DNA from: Candidatus Binatia bacterium
GTDB lineage: Bacteria; Desulfobacterota; Binatia; UBA1149; CAITLU01
Assembly: GCA_036493895.1 (NCBI GenBank)
Contig: DASXOZ010000011.1
Location: 626 to 64,625, forward strand
Direction: 5' to 3'
Length of the DNA stretch: 64,000 nt
Shown: piece after piece, positions 18,901-25,948 of the stretch
Numbering within the stretch: the stretch's first letter is position 1
Layout of the letters: each line of letters opens with the position of its first letter
The notes under the pieces: model-generated
Told to the model about the DNA's origin: nothing
Database searches by the model: none
Seen by the model: the letters and a program-made list of their open reading frames with translations, nothing else
Made by a program: the position numbers and the translations under genes

Positions 18901-19809
18901 AACGTCGCAGATGCCGCCCGATGCGCGGCACGCCGTGGTCGATGCGACGAACGAGTCGGCCGGGCACGCGCTCGAAGTGCCGGTGCAGTTTTCCGCGGTG
19001 TCGCAGACGCCGGCCGATGGACGGCACACGGTGGTGCTCGGCAGGAAAGAGCCGGCCACGCAGCAGGCACCAACCACGCACGTAGGTACCACTATCTGGG
19101 GAATCGTATCTACATGGGCGCAATTGCACTTCGAGGCGGTTTGAGGGTTGGCCTGATCCACGCTGTTGCAAATGGGGGCAGTGTTGTTGGCCCACGATGT
19201 ACAGACGGCGAGATCGAGGATGCCGTCACTCCCCGCGACCTGGGTAGCGTTGACGATGAAATCCGAGCACGCCAACGTCACGCCGGTGAAGTGGGAAGAG
19301 TAGGTGCCGCTGCTATTGCCGTCCGGGCATGAGTCGCCGTCCTGCACCCACGGTTGACCGGGAATGGGGTACGTGTCGGTCAGCAGGGTTGCCGAGCAAG
19401 TACCGGTAAGCGCATCCACACCGTCTGCGCCCAGCCACAAGCCGATGTCGTAGCGATCGGGTGCATTGGACGTGGCGATCAAATCTCCATCGATCGTGAT
19501 CGTGTCCGAAGGGCTGGTGCAGATGATGTCGGCCGAGTTGACCGTGTCGATGTTAATGTGGGTGACCGCGAAGTCGTTGGCCGTGCAGTTCAGGCTCGTG
19601 CCGGCCTGGTCCTCCAGGCATATATGGGGGTAGACGGCCCAAGCGTCTCTGCTCCAGGCGACTGTGAGTATTGTTACTGCGACTGCAGCCGACGCGACGC
19701 GTGTGAAGAACGCGCGCCCCCCGTACGTACGCCCCCGCGTATTCATGCCGGACACAGTCGTGAGCCTGGCAGCCACCCACGGCTTCCGAGAACAGGTTGC
19801 CTCAGTCAT
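12904..19809 (-). CDS. Giant secreted disintegrin-like repeat protein 2 (2301 aa), paralog of 4572..12404
   Basis: ATG 19809 has AAAGGGGGA SD (alternative ATG 19746); hydrophobic VASAAVAVTILTVAWSRDAWA segment. GACCVAGSFLPSTTVCR is followed by 39+3 Cys4 repeats and the same six-module C-terminus (LRKVHSGNDNPGGxIQYTLQWSNAC shared). Confidence 0.9.
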   Translation of the reverse strand: MTEATCSRKPWVAARLTTVSGMNTRGRTYGGRAFFTRVASAAVAVTILTVAWSRDAWAVYPHICLEDQAGTSLNCTANDFAVTHINIDTVNSADIICTSPSDTITIDGDLIATSNAPDRYDIGLWLGADGVDALTGTCSATLLTDTYPIPGQPWVQDGDSCPDGNSSGTYSSHFTGVTLACSDFIVNATQVAGSDGILDLAVCTSWANNTAPICNSVDQANPQTASKCNCAHVDTIPQIVVPTCVVGACCVAGSFLPSTTVCRPSAGVCDTAENCTGTSSACPADSFVASTTACRASGGICDVAENCTGASAACPANAFVASTTTCRASGGICDVAENCTGASAACPADAFVASTTTCRASGGICDVAENCTGTSAACPADAFVASTTTCRASGGLCDVAENCTGTSAACPADAFVASTTTCRASGGVCDAAENCTGTSAACPADAFVASTTTCRSSGGICDVAENCTGTSAACPADAFVASTTTCRSSGGICDVAENCTGTSAACPADTFTSSTTVCRSSGGVCDVAENCTGTSGACPADAFAASTTLCRASTGVCDPSENCSGTAAACPADTFTASTTVCRSSGGVCDVAENCTGTSGACPADAFVASTTLCRASTGVCDPSENCSGTAAACPADTFTASTTVCRASGGVCDVAENCTGTSGACPADAFVASTALCRASTGVCDPSENCTGTAAACPADTFTASTTVCRSTGGICDVAENCTGTSGACPGDTFVASTTVCRASTGVCDPSESCTGTDAACPADAFVASTTTCRASSGVCDPAENCTGTSGACPGDTFLASTTVCRSSGGVCDVAENCTGTSGACPADAFVASTTLCRASTGVCDPSENCSGTAAACPADTFTASTTVCRPSGGVCDVAENCTGTSGACPADAFVASTTLCRASTGVCDPSENCSGTAAACPADTFTASTTVCRSTGGVCDVAENCTGTSGACPADAFVSSTTTCRASGGICDVAEDCTGTSAACPTDVFVSSTTTCRPSAGVCDPAEKCTGASVACPADSFLASTTTCRAVAGVCDIAENCTGTSAACPSDLFLGTTTSCRGTAGVCDLAEHCTGTEAACPSDSFANSNFTCRAAAGVCDTDENCTGTSIVCPANSFLSAATVCRAKAGVCDTPENCTGISASCPGDGFLSAATLCRASAGVCDVAENCSGASASCPGNSFQSAATTCRASTGVCDASENCTGSGATCPVDTFLSAATICRVSTGVCDPVEHCSGASGSCPADTLLPPTTVCRAPAGICDTPENCTGAGGACPADAFLSAAVTCRAAAGVCDIAENCTGASPLCPANTFAGAATTCRPSAGVCDVAENCTGGSATCPGDTFVSATTTCRAAAGVCDVAEQCTGNSAACPGDALASASRVCRASAGVCDVPENCTGSFAFCPPDNFASASVTCRAAGGVCDVAEQCTGASAACPANSFVAASTVCRPASGVCDVAESCTGVSATCPANGFLGASTVCRPAADQCDAAENCNGAAASCPADGKKPSGSSCGSSAQSVCDGADTCDGSGTCQSNLAPISKVCRPAASDCDVAENCDGFGHCPGDSVKSDGSPCGSPAETTCDKPDTCLAGSCQDNIICEDCSVTLRKIHNGDTTPGGTVEFTLQWSNSCRDPISNAVISDTLPNGLELVSASSPDASASTAGNTVTFNMGTFAGGDVAQGTITARVADDASPGSTIENVAHYVDDASHSATGSDKLTVRSIDELCPVSLRKVHSGNDNPGGQIQYTLQWSNACQADVTDVTISDPMPDGVLLLSATSSDADVTIDGNSAIFHMASWSAGTVGQGLITATIDPQAPVGESILNVATLSDPAGHHETADSLFRVRGGSTATTSLSCAVSGQVFASPGSFVKYQVRYRNGTENNALSLTLPDEVNIESAFPPPSKQDGQTLEWDNLALTAGKVSVETQVGLLVTDQTVLSTSAFVDDHAGDVAVCEHEGVVSRSQVLFASIKAQTHSRPGLGVRYTARYRDAVGHNQMTVSLPSDVTVLRALPAPSGGTDNTLIFKDLPVPAGVVKIDTQVGNVANGTVLVGSLTMTDETKDIVGAETQTVVGDASSTAGGTSALTLTTVKSVTPGTTTDITIRYDALQPPATITVTLPPELVPTLAVPSGTLTDGQATWSGIATSSGSIKLRVMVGVSAAAGKALVINGSETDGSGASQTAQASTIVRDDTTSSPGLSMTLTLPRTVTAGLTSDFYADWAGLQGTGHLVITLPSGVTAQSTVPSGAAISSSNVTWNGLTDASGTAKVRVLIPASAASGSSLAVSGQIGDTTGASASAAGTTSVR
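15283..19026 (-). repeat. Coding tandem array, 39 x 96 bp (32 aa, 4 Cys per unit)
   Basis: The first-unit Cys at 19026 and the first variant-unit Cys at 15282 are exactly 39 x 96 bp apart. Same consensus as array 1. Confidence 0.95.
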
Positions 19810-20218
19810 CAGATCCCCCTTTCGACGATCCACGCACGAAGCCCGTCCGCTTCGTTGCCGGTGTTTCGCCCGCTTCCGCTTAGCGGTCCGGATTCCCGCC
19901 GAATCCGGAAATGCTTTGCCCACGGGTGAAGAGATCCTCTTCACAGCAGGGCTCGCCGGCTCTGGTGAACCGTCGCCCTGCGATTCGTCGGACCGTCGCT
20001 GCGAGCGCGCTCCGCGAAGAGACTCACCCGCCGGGCCCGTAGGCAATCCTTGTCAACCCCGGATTCCGCCGGCTGCGTACTTCCCGCGGCCGTTCCCCGG
20101 AATCCCCCTGGAGGGGGCGGATTATGCGTCAAAATGCCTTGAGAAGTCTAGGGAAAAATATGGCAGTCCGGCTGACATTGGGTGCGGCCGCAGACCCGCA
20201 AACAGCGTGCGAACGTCG

Positions 20219-20977
20219 TCAGAAGACTGCGTAGCCGCCGTCGACCCGGATCGTGTCGCCGGTGTGGAATCGCGACGCCTTCGACGCGAGGTAAACGGCG
20301 ATGCCCTCGAAGTCTTCGGGGAGGCCCCAGCGCCGTGCCGGCGTCCTTTGCACGACGGTGTCCCTCAGCTTTTCCCAGGCCCTGGCCGCTTCGGTCATGT
20401 CGGTCTCGATCCAGCCCGGCAGGATCGCGTTGGCCTGAATGTCGTGGCGCGCCAGCTCGACGGCCAGCGAGCGCACCAGCGCACAAAGTCCCGCCTTGCT
20501 CGCCGAGTACTGGGCCTGGCGCGGCATCCCGTGGATCGAGCCGATCGACGCGATGCCGACGAGCTTGCCGCCGCCGCCGCGCTCGATCATGTGACGTGAT
20601 GCCTCACGAAATACGAGGAAGGCCCCGACAAGGTTGACGTTCATCACCGACTCCCAATCGGATACGGACATCTCGGTGAACGGCCGCGCCAGGCCGGCCC
20701 CGGCATTGGCGAAGCAGGAGTCGATGCGGCCGAAGCGGTCGACCGCCTGCTTCATGCAACTCGAAACCTGGTCCTCGCGTGTCACGTCGACCGCGAAGGC
20801 CTCGGCATCCGCGCCGAGGGAGCGCAGCTCGGCGATCGCCGCGTCGTTCTTGGCAGCGTTCCTGCCCCAGACCGCAATGGCGGCGCCGGAGCGGGCCAGG
20901 CCTCGGGCCATGCCGAGTCCGATCCCTCCGTTGCCGCCCGTTACCAGCGCGACGTGTCCCGCAAGGTCGAAAAGCAT
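20219..20977 (-). CDS. SDR family oxidoreductase
   Basis: MLFDLAGHVALVTGGNGGIG, FANAG, YSASK, NAILPGWIETDM. Confidence 0.92.
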   Translation of the reverse strand: MLFDLAGHVALVTGGNGGIGLGMARGLARSGAAIAVWGRNAAKNDAAIAELRSLGADAEAFAVDVTREDQVSSCMKQAVDRFGRIDSCFANAGAGLARPFTEMSVSDWESVMNVNLVGAFLVFREASRHMIERGGGGKLVGIASIGSIHGMPRQAQYSASKAGLCALVRSLAVELARHDIQANAILPGWIETDMTEAARAWEKLRDTVVQRTPARRWGLPEDFEGIAVYLASKASRFHTGDTIRVDGGYAVF

Positions 20978-21149
20978 TCGGCCTTCTAGCCGGAAGCGCC
21001 CGAGTGTCCAGCTCGCGCGTCGCGCACTGCAATGCAATGCCGCCGCGGGCGCTGGCAAGGGCGCGGCCGGACTGGCAATCTCGCGTCTTTCGGCCGGCCT
21101 CGAGTGGCCTCGTCACTCGCCCTGGCCAGGCCCGTTCGCCGCGACCGTG

Positions 21150-21183
21150 AAGGCGCCACTTAATAAGGCGCCATATAATAAGG
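21150..21183 (+). promoter_or_regulatory. 15-bp tandem direct repeat containing a TATAAT -10 box directly before an ATG
   Basis: aaggcgccacttaat-aaggcgccatataat-aagg-ATG; TATAAT at 21174-21179. Confidence 0.45.
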
Positions 21184-21582
21184 ATGGAAAGCGAAGGTCC
21201 CGTTGCGCTGGTCATCGTCGATCACGGCAGTCGCGTGCCCGCATCCAACGCGGCGCTCGATGACGTGGTCGCGACCGTCTCGGCGCGCTGCGGCAGCGAG
21301 TTCATCGCCGTGCTCGCGGCACACATGGAGCTGGCCTCACCGACCATCGGCGAGGCAATCGATGCCGCCGTGCGGGCGGGAGCAGCCAAGGTGGTGATTG
21401 CGCTGTATTTTCTCGCGCCGGGACGCCATTCCGAGACCGACGTCCCGGCTCTCGCAGCCGAGGCCGCGGCCCGGCATCCCGGCTTGACCGTGACGGTCAC
21501 GGCCTGCCTCGGGCCCGACCCGTTGCTGGCCGACCTCGTCGCCCGCCGCGCCCGAAGTGCGCCAGGCGCAAACAGAATCTGA
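21184..21582 (+). CDS. Small (single-domain) CbiX/SirB-type sirohydrochlorin chelatase-like protein
   Basis: IVDHGSR, AHMELASPTI, YFLAPGRH; both His ligands are present; 132 aa. Confidence 0.82.
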   Translation: MESEGPVALVIVDHGSRVPASNAALDDVVATVSARCGSEFIAVLAAHMELASPTIGEAIDAAVRAGAAKVVIALYFLAPGRHSETDVPALAAEAAARHPGLTVTVTACLGPDPLLADLVARRARSAPGANRI

Positions 21583-21639
21583 CCGGAGTTCGTCCCGCCT
21601 CGTGTTTTTTGACAGATTTGTTCCCAAGGAGACCCGAGC

Positions 21640-22512
21640 GTGAAGTTCGCAGCGGCACTGGCTTTCAACGACCCCACCCATTTTCTCGAGCTGGCTCGCA
21701 CCGCGGACGAAGCGGGATGGGACTGGTTCGCAGTCTCCGACCACATCGTCTTCCCGGAGAAGCTCTCGAGCGCCTATCCGTACGCCAAGGACGGAAAGCC
21801 GTACTGGACCGGCGCGACACCGTGGCCCGATCCGTGGACGGCGATCGCCGCGATGGCCGCGGTGACCAGCCGCCTGCGCTTCATGACCAACATCTACATC
21901 CTGCCGGCGCGAAACCCCCTGCTCATCGCCAAGCAGATAGGCACGGTCGCGGTGATGTCGGGCGGACGCGTCGCGCTCGGCATCGGCACCGGGTGGATGA
22001 AAGAGGAGTTCGAGCTGCTCGGCACCGACTTCCATACGCGCGGCAAGCGCATGGACGAGCAGGTCGAGATCCTGCGCAAGCTGTGGCGCGGCGGCATGCA
22101 GGAGCACCACGGCAAGCACTACTCGTTCGACCGCCTCGAGATGAGCCCCGTTCCGACGGAGCCGGTGCCGGTTCTCGTCGGCGGCATCAGCGACATCGCG
22201 CTGAAGAGGGCCGCACGCATCGGTGACGGCTGGATCGCCGTGCAGCACACGACCAGCGAGCTTCGCGAGCTGCTCGGCAAGCTCGGGGCCCTGCGCAAGG
22301 AGTTCGGCACCGACTCACGACCGTTCGAAGCGGTGGTCGCGTGCACCGACGTGTTCGACGTCGACGGCTACCGCCGCATCGAGGACCTCGGCGCGACGAC
22401 GATGACGACTGCGCCGTGGATGCTCTACGGCGCCGATCCGAACTCGCTCGAAGAAAAGAAGGATGCGCTCAAGCGCTTCGGCGACGAGGTGATCTCGAGG
22501 TTCAAGGGGTGA
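21640..22512 (+). CDS. LLM-class oxidoreductase, probably F420-dependent
   Basis: AVSDHIVFP, PDPWTAIAAMAAVTSRLRF, SGGRVALGIGTGWMKEEF, PVLVGG. GTG start after AAGGAG. Confidence 0.88.
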   Translation: MKFAAALAFNDPTHFLELARTADEAGWDWFAVSDHIVFPEKLSSAYPYAKDGKPYWTGATPWPDPWTAIAAMAAVTSRLRFMTNIYILPARNPLLIAKQIGTVAVMSGGRVALGIGTGWMKEEFELLGTDFHTRGKRMDEQVEILRKLWRGGMQEHHGKHYSFDRLEMSPVPTEPVPVLVGGISDIALKRAARIGDGWIAVQHTTSELRELLGKLGALRKEFGTDSRPFEAVVACTDVFDVDGYRRIEDLGATTMTTAPWMLYGADPNSLEEKKDALKRFGDEVISRFKG

Positions 22513-22516
22513 AGCG

Positions 22517-23200
22517 ATGACAGCCGTCAAGAAACCCAAGCGCATCCGCCGCACCGCCGAGGAGGCCAAGAGCATCATCCTCGATGCGGCCGAGAAGAGG
22601 CTTGGACAGTACGGGCCTGCCGGCATCAAGCTGCAGGAGCTGGCGGCCGACGTCGGCGTTTCGCATCCGGCGATCCTGCATCACTTCGGCAGCCGCGACG
22701 GCCTCGTCGAGGCCGTCGTGAGACGCGCTCTCGACACGCTTCGCGAAGCGGTGCTCGACGAAGTGCGCCAGCAGATGACGCGCGAAGTGGACATTCCGTC
22801 GATCCTCGACGCCGTGTTCGGCATTCTCGCCGAGCGCGGGCATGCGCGCCTGGTGGCGTGGCTCATTCTCGAAGGCACCAACGCGCGCGACGACAGCCGC
22901 CTGATGCGCGCGCTGGCCGAAGCGGCGCACGTGCGCATGGTGAGCGGCGGGTGGACCAAGGGTCGTCGCTTCGAGTTCGAAGACATGCTCTTCGTCGTGA
23001 TGATGGTCGGCGCGGCGGCGCTCGGCACCGGCGTCGTCGGCGAAGCGATGCGGTTCAGCTCGGGACTGGAGGCGGACGAAGGCGCCGAGGGGCGCTTCCG
23101 GCACTGGTTCAGCGCGCTGCTGTCGCGCTACCTGGCGGCGCAGGGGGAGTTCGCGCCGGCGACGGCGCGCAAGAAGGAAGAATCGGACGCGGCCAGCTGA
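22517..23200 (+). CDS. TetR/AcrR family transcriptional regulator
   Basis: IILDAAEKRL...LQELAADVGVSHPAILHHFGSRDGL N-terminal HTH. Confidence 0.9.
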   Translation: MTAVKKPKRIRRTAEEAKSIILDAAEKRLGQYGPAGIKLQELAADVGVSHPAILHHFGSRDGLVEAVVRRALDTLREAVLDEVRQQMTREVDIPSILDAVFGILAERGHARLVAWLILEGTNARDDSRLMRALAEAAHVRMVSGGWTKGRRFEFEDMLFVVMMVGAAALGTGVVGEAMRFSSGLEADEGAEGRFRHWFSALLSRYLAAQGEFAPATARKKEESDAAS

Positions 23201-23247
23201 TCCCCCTACGCCTCGCTGATTCCCCCGCGGCGTTGCGTACTGCCTTG

Positions 23248-23366
23248 GCGGGCGGCGGTGGGCATTCGCGCTCGCTACGTCCTCGGGCGCATGAATCGCA
23301 GTCTCATGAACGGACGCTGGTGGGCGCGCTGCGGAGCCGCGAGCGCGAACGCCCACCGCCGCCCGC
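23248..23366. repeat. Long inverted repeat (28-bp arms, one mismatch, 63-nt loop) between convergent genes
   Basis: gcgggcggcggtgggcattcgcgctcgc (23248-23275) vs gcgagcgcgaacgcccaccgccgcccgc (23339-23366). Confidence 0.8.
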
Positions 23367-23572
23367 TCGCTGCGTTCTCCTTGTCGCGGCGCCCGCTCGC
23401 GACGTCTTCGGGTTCGCGCTGCTCGCTCGCTTCGGTTTCCTGGTTGCGGCGCTCGGTTGCGACGTCCTCGGTTCGCGCCGCTCGCTTGCGACGTTTTCGG
23501 CGTTGCGCCGGCGGCTCGCGACGTTTTTGGTTTTGCGGCGGCTTGGTCGCGAGGGTTTCGGGTTCGAGCCGT
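23363..23572. repeat. Degenerate ~30-bp minisatellite, 6-7 copies
   Basis: Units start near 23363, 23393, 23423, 23453, 23482, 23512 and 23542; consensus approx. YCGCTCGCGACGTYTTCGGGTTYGCGSCGC. Confidence 0.65.
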
Positions 23573-23599
23573 ATCGCGCTGGTCGCTTTCGACAGGGTG

Positions 23600-24529
23600 C
23601 TACTTGATTGCCAGGGGGTTGATCGGGGAGCCGATGCCGCCGGTGACTCGCAGGGGCGGCGCGGTCAGCAGGAAATCCCAGCACCCGTCGGCTTCGCAGT
23701 CGCGGGCGAGCTCGTCGAGTTCGAACATCTCGCCGAACGGCATTCCCATGTCGCGGATGCACAGCAGGTGAAGCGGATACAGGAGCGAAGGATCCTCGCA
23801 CGGCATCACTTCGACGGCGGTCGTGTCGGAGCAGACCGCGGCAAGATCGCGCTCACGGATCCATTCGGCGGCGTCGAGGCCGAGACCGGGGCCCTGCCAG
23901 AGGTAAGTTTCGCGGTCCCCGTCCTTCGTGAACACCGAAAGGTGACCGGTGCGAAGCACGAGGATGTCGCCGGGCAGAAGCCGGCAGCCCTGGGCGGCAA
24001 GCGCGTCGTCGAGCTCCGAGGGGCGGATCGCAGTGCCGGGCGCGATGCGTTCGACGCCGCGATGGCGGGCCAGGTCGACGAGCACTCCGCGTGAGACGAT
24101 GCCTGGCGACGCAAGCTTGTCGATGCCGTTGCGCGTGGCGCCGCCGGCGCCGAGGTGCTCGCCGGCCGCATAGCCGTTGTAGAGCTTCCCGTCGTAGTGC
24201 ACGTGCGCGAGGCTGTCCCACTGCGTGGACGATTGCAGCGGCAGCGACAGCACGTCGTCCGAGTAGCAGAAGCCGCGCGGGTCTTCGCCGATCAGCGTGC
24301 CGATCGCGGTCATGTAGTGCTGGGGATTGAAGCGGCCGATTACCGATCCGGTCTGCGGCCCTTCGGGCCCGAGCGAGAGGCCGAGACTGAAGACGTCCCC
24401 GCGCCGCACGCACGCCACCGCGCGCCGGACGACCTCGGGCGTGATCAGGTTGAGCGTGCCGCGCTCGTCGTCGGCACCCCAACGCCCCCAGTTCGAAACC
24501 TTCCCCGCAATATCCCGGACTCTTTTCAT
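23600..24529 (-). CDS. Cyclase family protein (kynurenine formamidase-like metal hydrolase)
   Basis: SNWGRWGADDERGTLN, STQWDSLAHV, GIVSRGVLVDL, GDILVLRTG, GEMFELDELA, GIGSPINPLAIK. Confidence 0.9.
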   Translation of the reverse strand: MKRVRDIAGKVSNWGRWGADDERGTLNLITPEVVRRAVACVRRGDVFSLGLSLGPEGPQTGSVIGRFNPQHYMTAIGTLIGEDPRGFCYSDDVLSLPLQSSTQWDSLAHVHYDGKLYNGYAAGEHLGAGGATRNGIDKLASPGIVSRGVLVDLARHRGVERIAPGTAIRPSELDDALAAQGCRLLPGDILVLRTGHLSVFTKDGDRETYLWQGPGLGLDAAEWIRERDLAAVCSDTTAVEVMPCEDPSLLYPLHLLCIRDMGMPFGEMFELDELARDCEADGCWDFLLTAPPLRVTGGIGSPINPLAIK

Positions 24530-24540
24530 AACTCTTGTGT

Positions 24541-24581
24541 AATGGGGTCAGGCACCACAGGAATAGTGCCTGTCCTCATTC
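24541..24581. repeat. REP-like inverted doublet abutting the LLM stop codon
   Basis: aatggggtcaggcac-cacaggaata-gtgcctgtcctcattc; near-identical to the last unit plus inverted arm of the 25975-26163 array. Confidence 0.8.
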
Positions 24582-25820
24582 CTAGTAGTGGAACTCCGGA
24601 AGCACCTTGGTGACGAACAGCTCGAGCTGCTCGGCCTGCACGTCCATCGGCACCGTGCCCTGGTAGAAGAAGTTCCACGAGATCCACTCGAGGTCTCCAT
24701 CGCCGTGGCACTTGACCAGTGCGGCAAGCTGCTTCTTGACGTCGTCGATGGTGCCGCAGAGCTGGTAGCCGCGGTCGATCATCCTCTGCGTCGCCGCGTG
24801 CTCGTCCTTGAACTTCAGCGGCATGATCGCCTTGTCGTCGTCTGGAGTGCGGAACACTTCGCCGAAACCGAACAGGTTGAAATAGTGGTGGTACTCGTAC
24901 CCGGTCGTGCGCGCGGCCAGCTCGAAGGCCTCTTCGCGCGTCTTGCCGATCGTGATCGCGCGCACGGCACCGAGCCTCTGCCCGAGCTTCAGGTCGTGGC
25001 CCGCCTTGGCCGCTTCGCTCTGGTAGAGCTTCGCCCACTTCTGGAAGCCCTGCGGCGAAGCTTCGAAGATCCACGGGAGGATCCCGCGACGGGCGCAGTC
25101 GATCAGTGATTTTTCCGACAGAGTAAACGGCGCCCAGATCGGAGGATGAGGGTGCTGGTACGGCCTCGGCACGACGCCGATCTTGCGAATCACGCCGTTG
25201 TCGTCGATCTCGCCGGGCGCTCCGTACTTGCGCGTCCACTCCGGAGCCGCCCAGCCGTCGATTCCGGAGAAAGGGAAGGGAACCTTGTAGTGTTGCCCGT
25301 CGTACGAGAAGCAGTCCTCGGTCCAGGCCTTCTGCACGATCTCGAGCTTCTCGTCGTACACGTCGCGGTTGGCGGCGTCGCCCTTGTCGCCCATGCCGGT
25401 CGCCGACTCGGCACCTTGGCCTAGCACTTTCATCCACTTCTTCTGGTAGCCACGCGCGAACGCGACCGCGACGCGGCCCTTGGTGAGCTGGTCGAGGATC
25501 GCGATGTCTTCGGCAACGCGGATCGGATCGGCCGTCGGCAGCACCACCGACATCGGCGCGAATGTAATTTGCTTGGTGCGCGCCGCGAAGTCCGCGTACA
25601 GCAGCACCGGGTTGACCGAGACCTCGCCGCCTTCGGTGTGGAAGTGGTGCTCGGTGGTCGAGAACGCGTCGACGCCGAGCTCGTCGGCGTGGATGACCAG
25701 GCGTCGCAGCTCCTCGAGCATCATCTGGTAGCGCTCGGTGTTGCGCCCGATCGGCCGCAGCGAGCTGCGCTCCTCGTTGGTGGACGGAATGGTGGGCATC
25801 GCGAACAGGTCGAGCTTCAA
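24582..25820 (-). CDS. LLM-class flavin-dependent oxidoreductase (luciferase-like monooxygenase)
   Basis: TTG start with GAGGAG SD; FSTTEHHFH, DPIRVAEDIAILDQLTKGRV, PRPYQHPHPPIW. Confidence 0.9.
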   Translation of the reverse strand: MKLDLFAMPTIPSTNEERSSLRPIGRNTERYQMMLEELRRLVIHADELGVDAFSTTEHHFHTEGGEVSVNPVLLYADFAARTKQITFAPMSVVLPTADPIRVAEDIAILDQLTKGRVAVAFARGYQKKWMKVLGQGAESATGMGDKGDAANRDVYDEKLEIVQKAWTEDCFSYDGQHYKVPFPFSGIDGWAAPEWTRKYGAPGEIDDNGVIRKIGVVPRPYQHPHPPIWAPFTLSEKSLIDCARRGILPWIFEASPQGFQKWAKLYQSEAAKAGHDLKLGQRLGAVRAITIGKTREEAFELAARTTGYEYHHYFNLFGFGEVFRTPDDDKAIMPLKFKDEHAATQRMIDRGYQLCGTIDDVKKQLAALVKCHGDGDLEWISWNFFYQGTVPMDVQAEQLELFVTKVLPEFHY

Positions 25821-25884
25821 GATTGGTCTCCTCGCGGGGCGATTGCCGCGGCCGCACCGTAAGACAGGCTGCGCCGGGGGCGGC

Positions 25885-25898
25885 TGGAACGTGTTCTA
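25885..25898. promoter_or_regulatory. KstR-like palindromic operator, site B
   Basis: TGGAACGTGTTCTA, a full match to TnnAACnnGTTnnA, 65-78 bp upstream of the LLM start at 25820. Confidence 0.7.
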
Positions 25899-25948
25899 CC
25901 TGCGCTCCCCGGCCGTTTCCAGCCCGCGCGCGTCCCGAGCGACGCGGT

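Noticed and set aside
6951-19026. Integrin-binding RGD toxin-like function
   Set aside because: No RGD/KGD occurs at the loop position in any unit; the loops are small-residue xSxGVCD types.
6880-19144. Very long plus-strand ORFs (6880..11790, 14765..19144 and other frames)
   Set aside because: They are antisense or frame-shifted shadows of the stop-poor GC-rich 96-bp repeats. The minus-strand frame has the signal peptide, SD and conserved Cys pattern.
22517-23200. Local TetR as the KstR ortholog
   Set aside because: Its recognition helix (VGVSHPAILHHF) differs from the KstR-type VAVGTLYRYF as I recall it, and no operator copy lies upstream of its own unit. It is not excluded as the binder, but unsupported.
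23304-23801. 165-aa basic low-complexity ORF (histone-like?)
   Set aside because: It overlaps the cyclase gene by about 200 bp, and its periodicity comes from the DNA minisatellite, whose 29-bp unit breaks codon phase.
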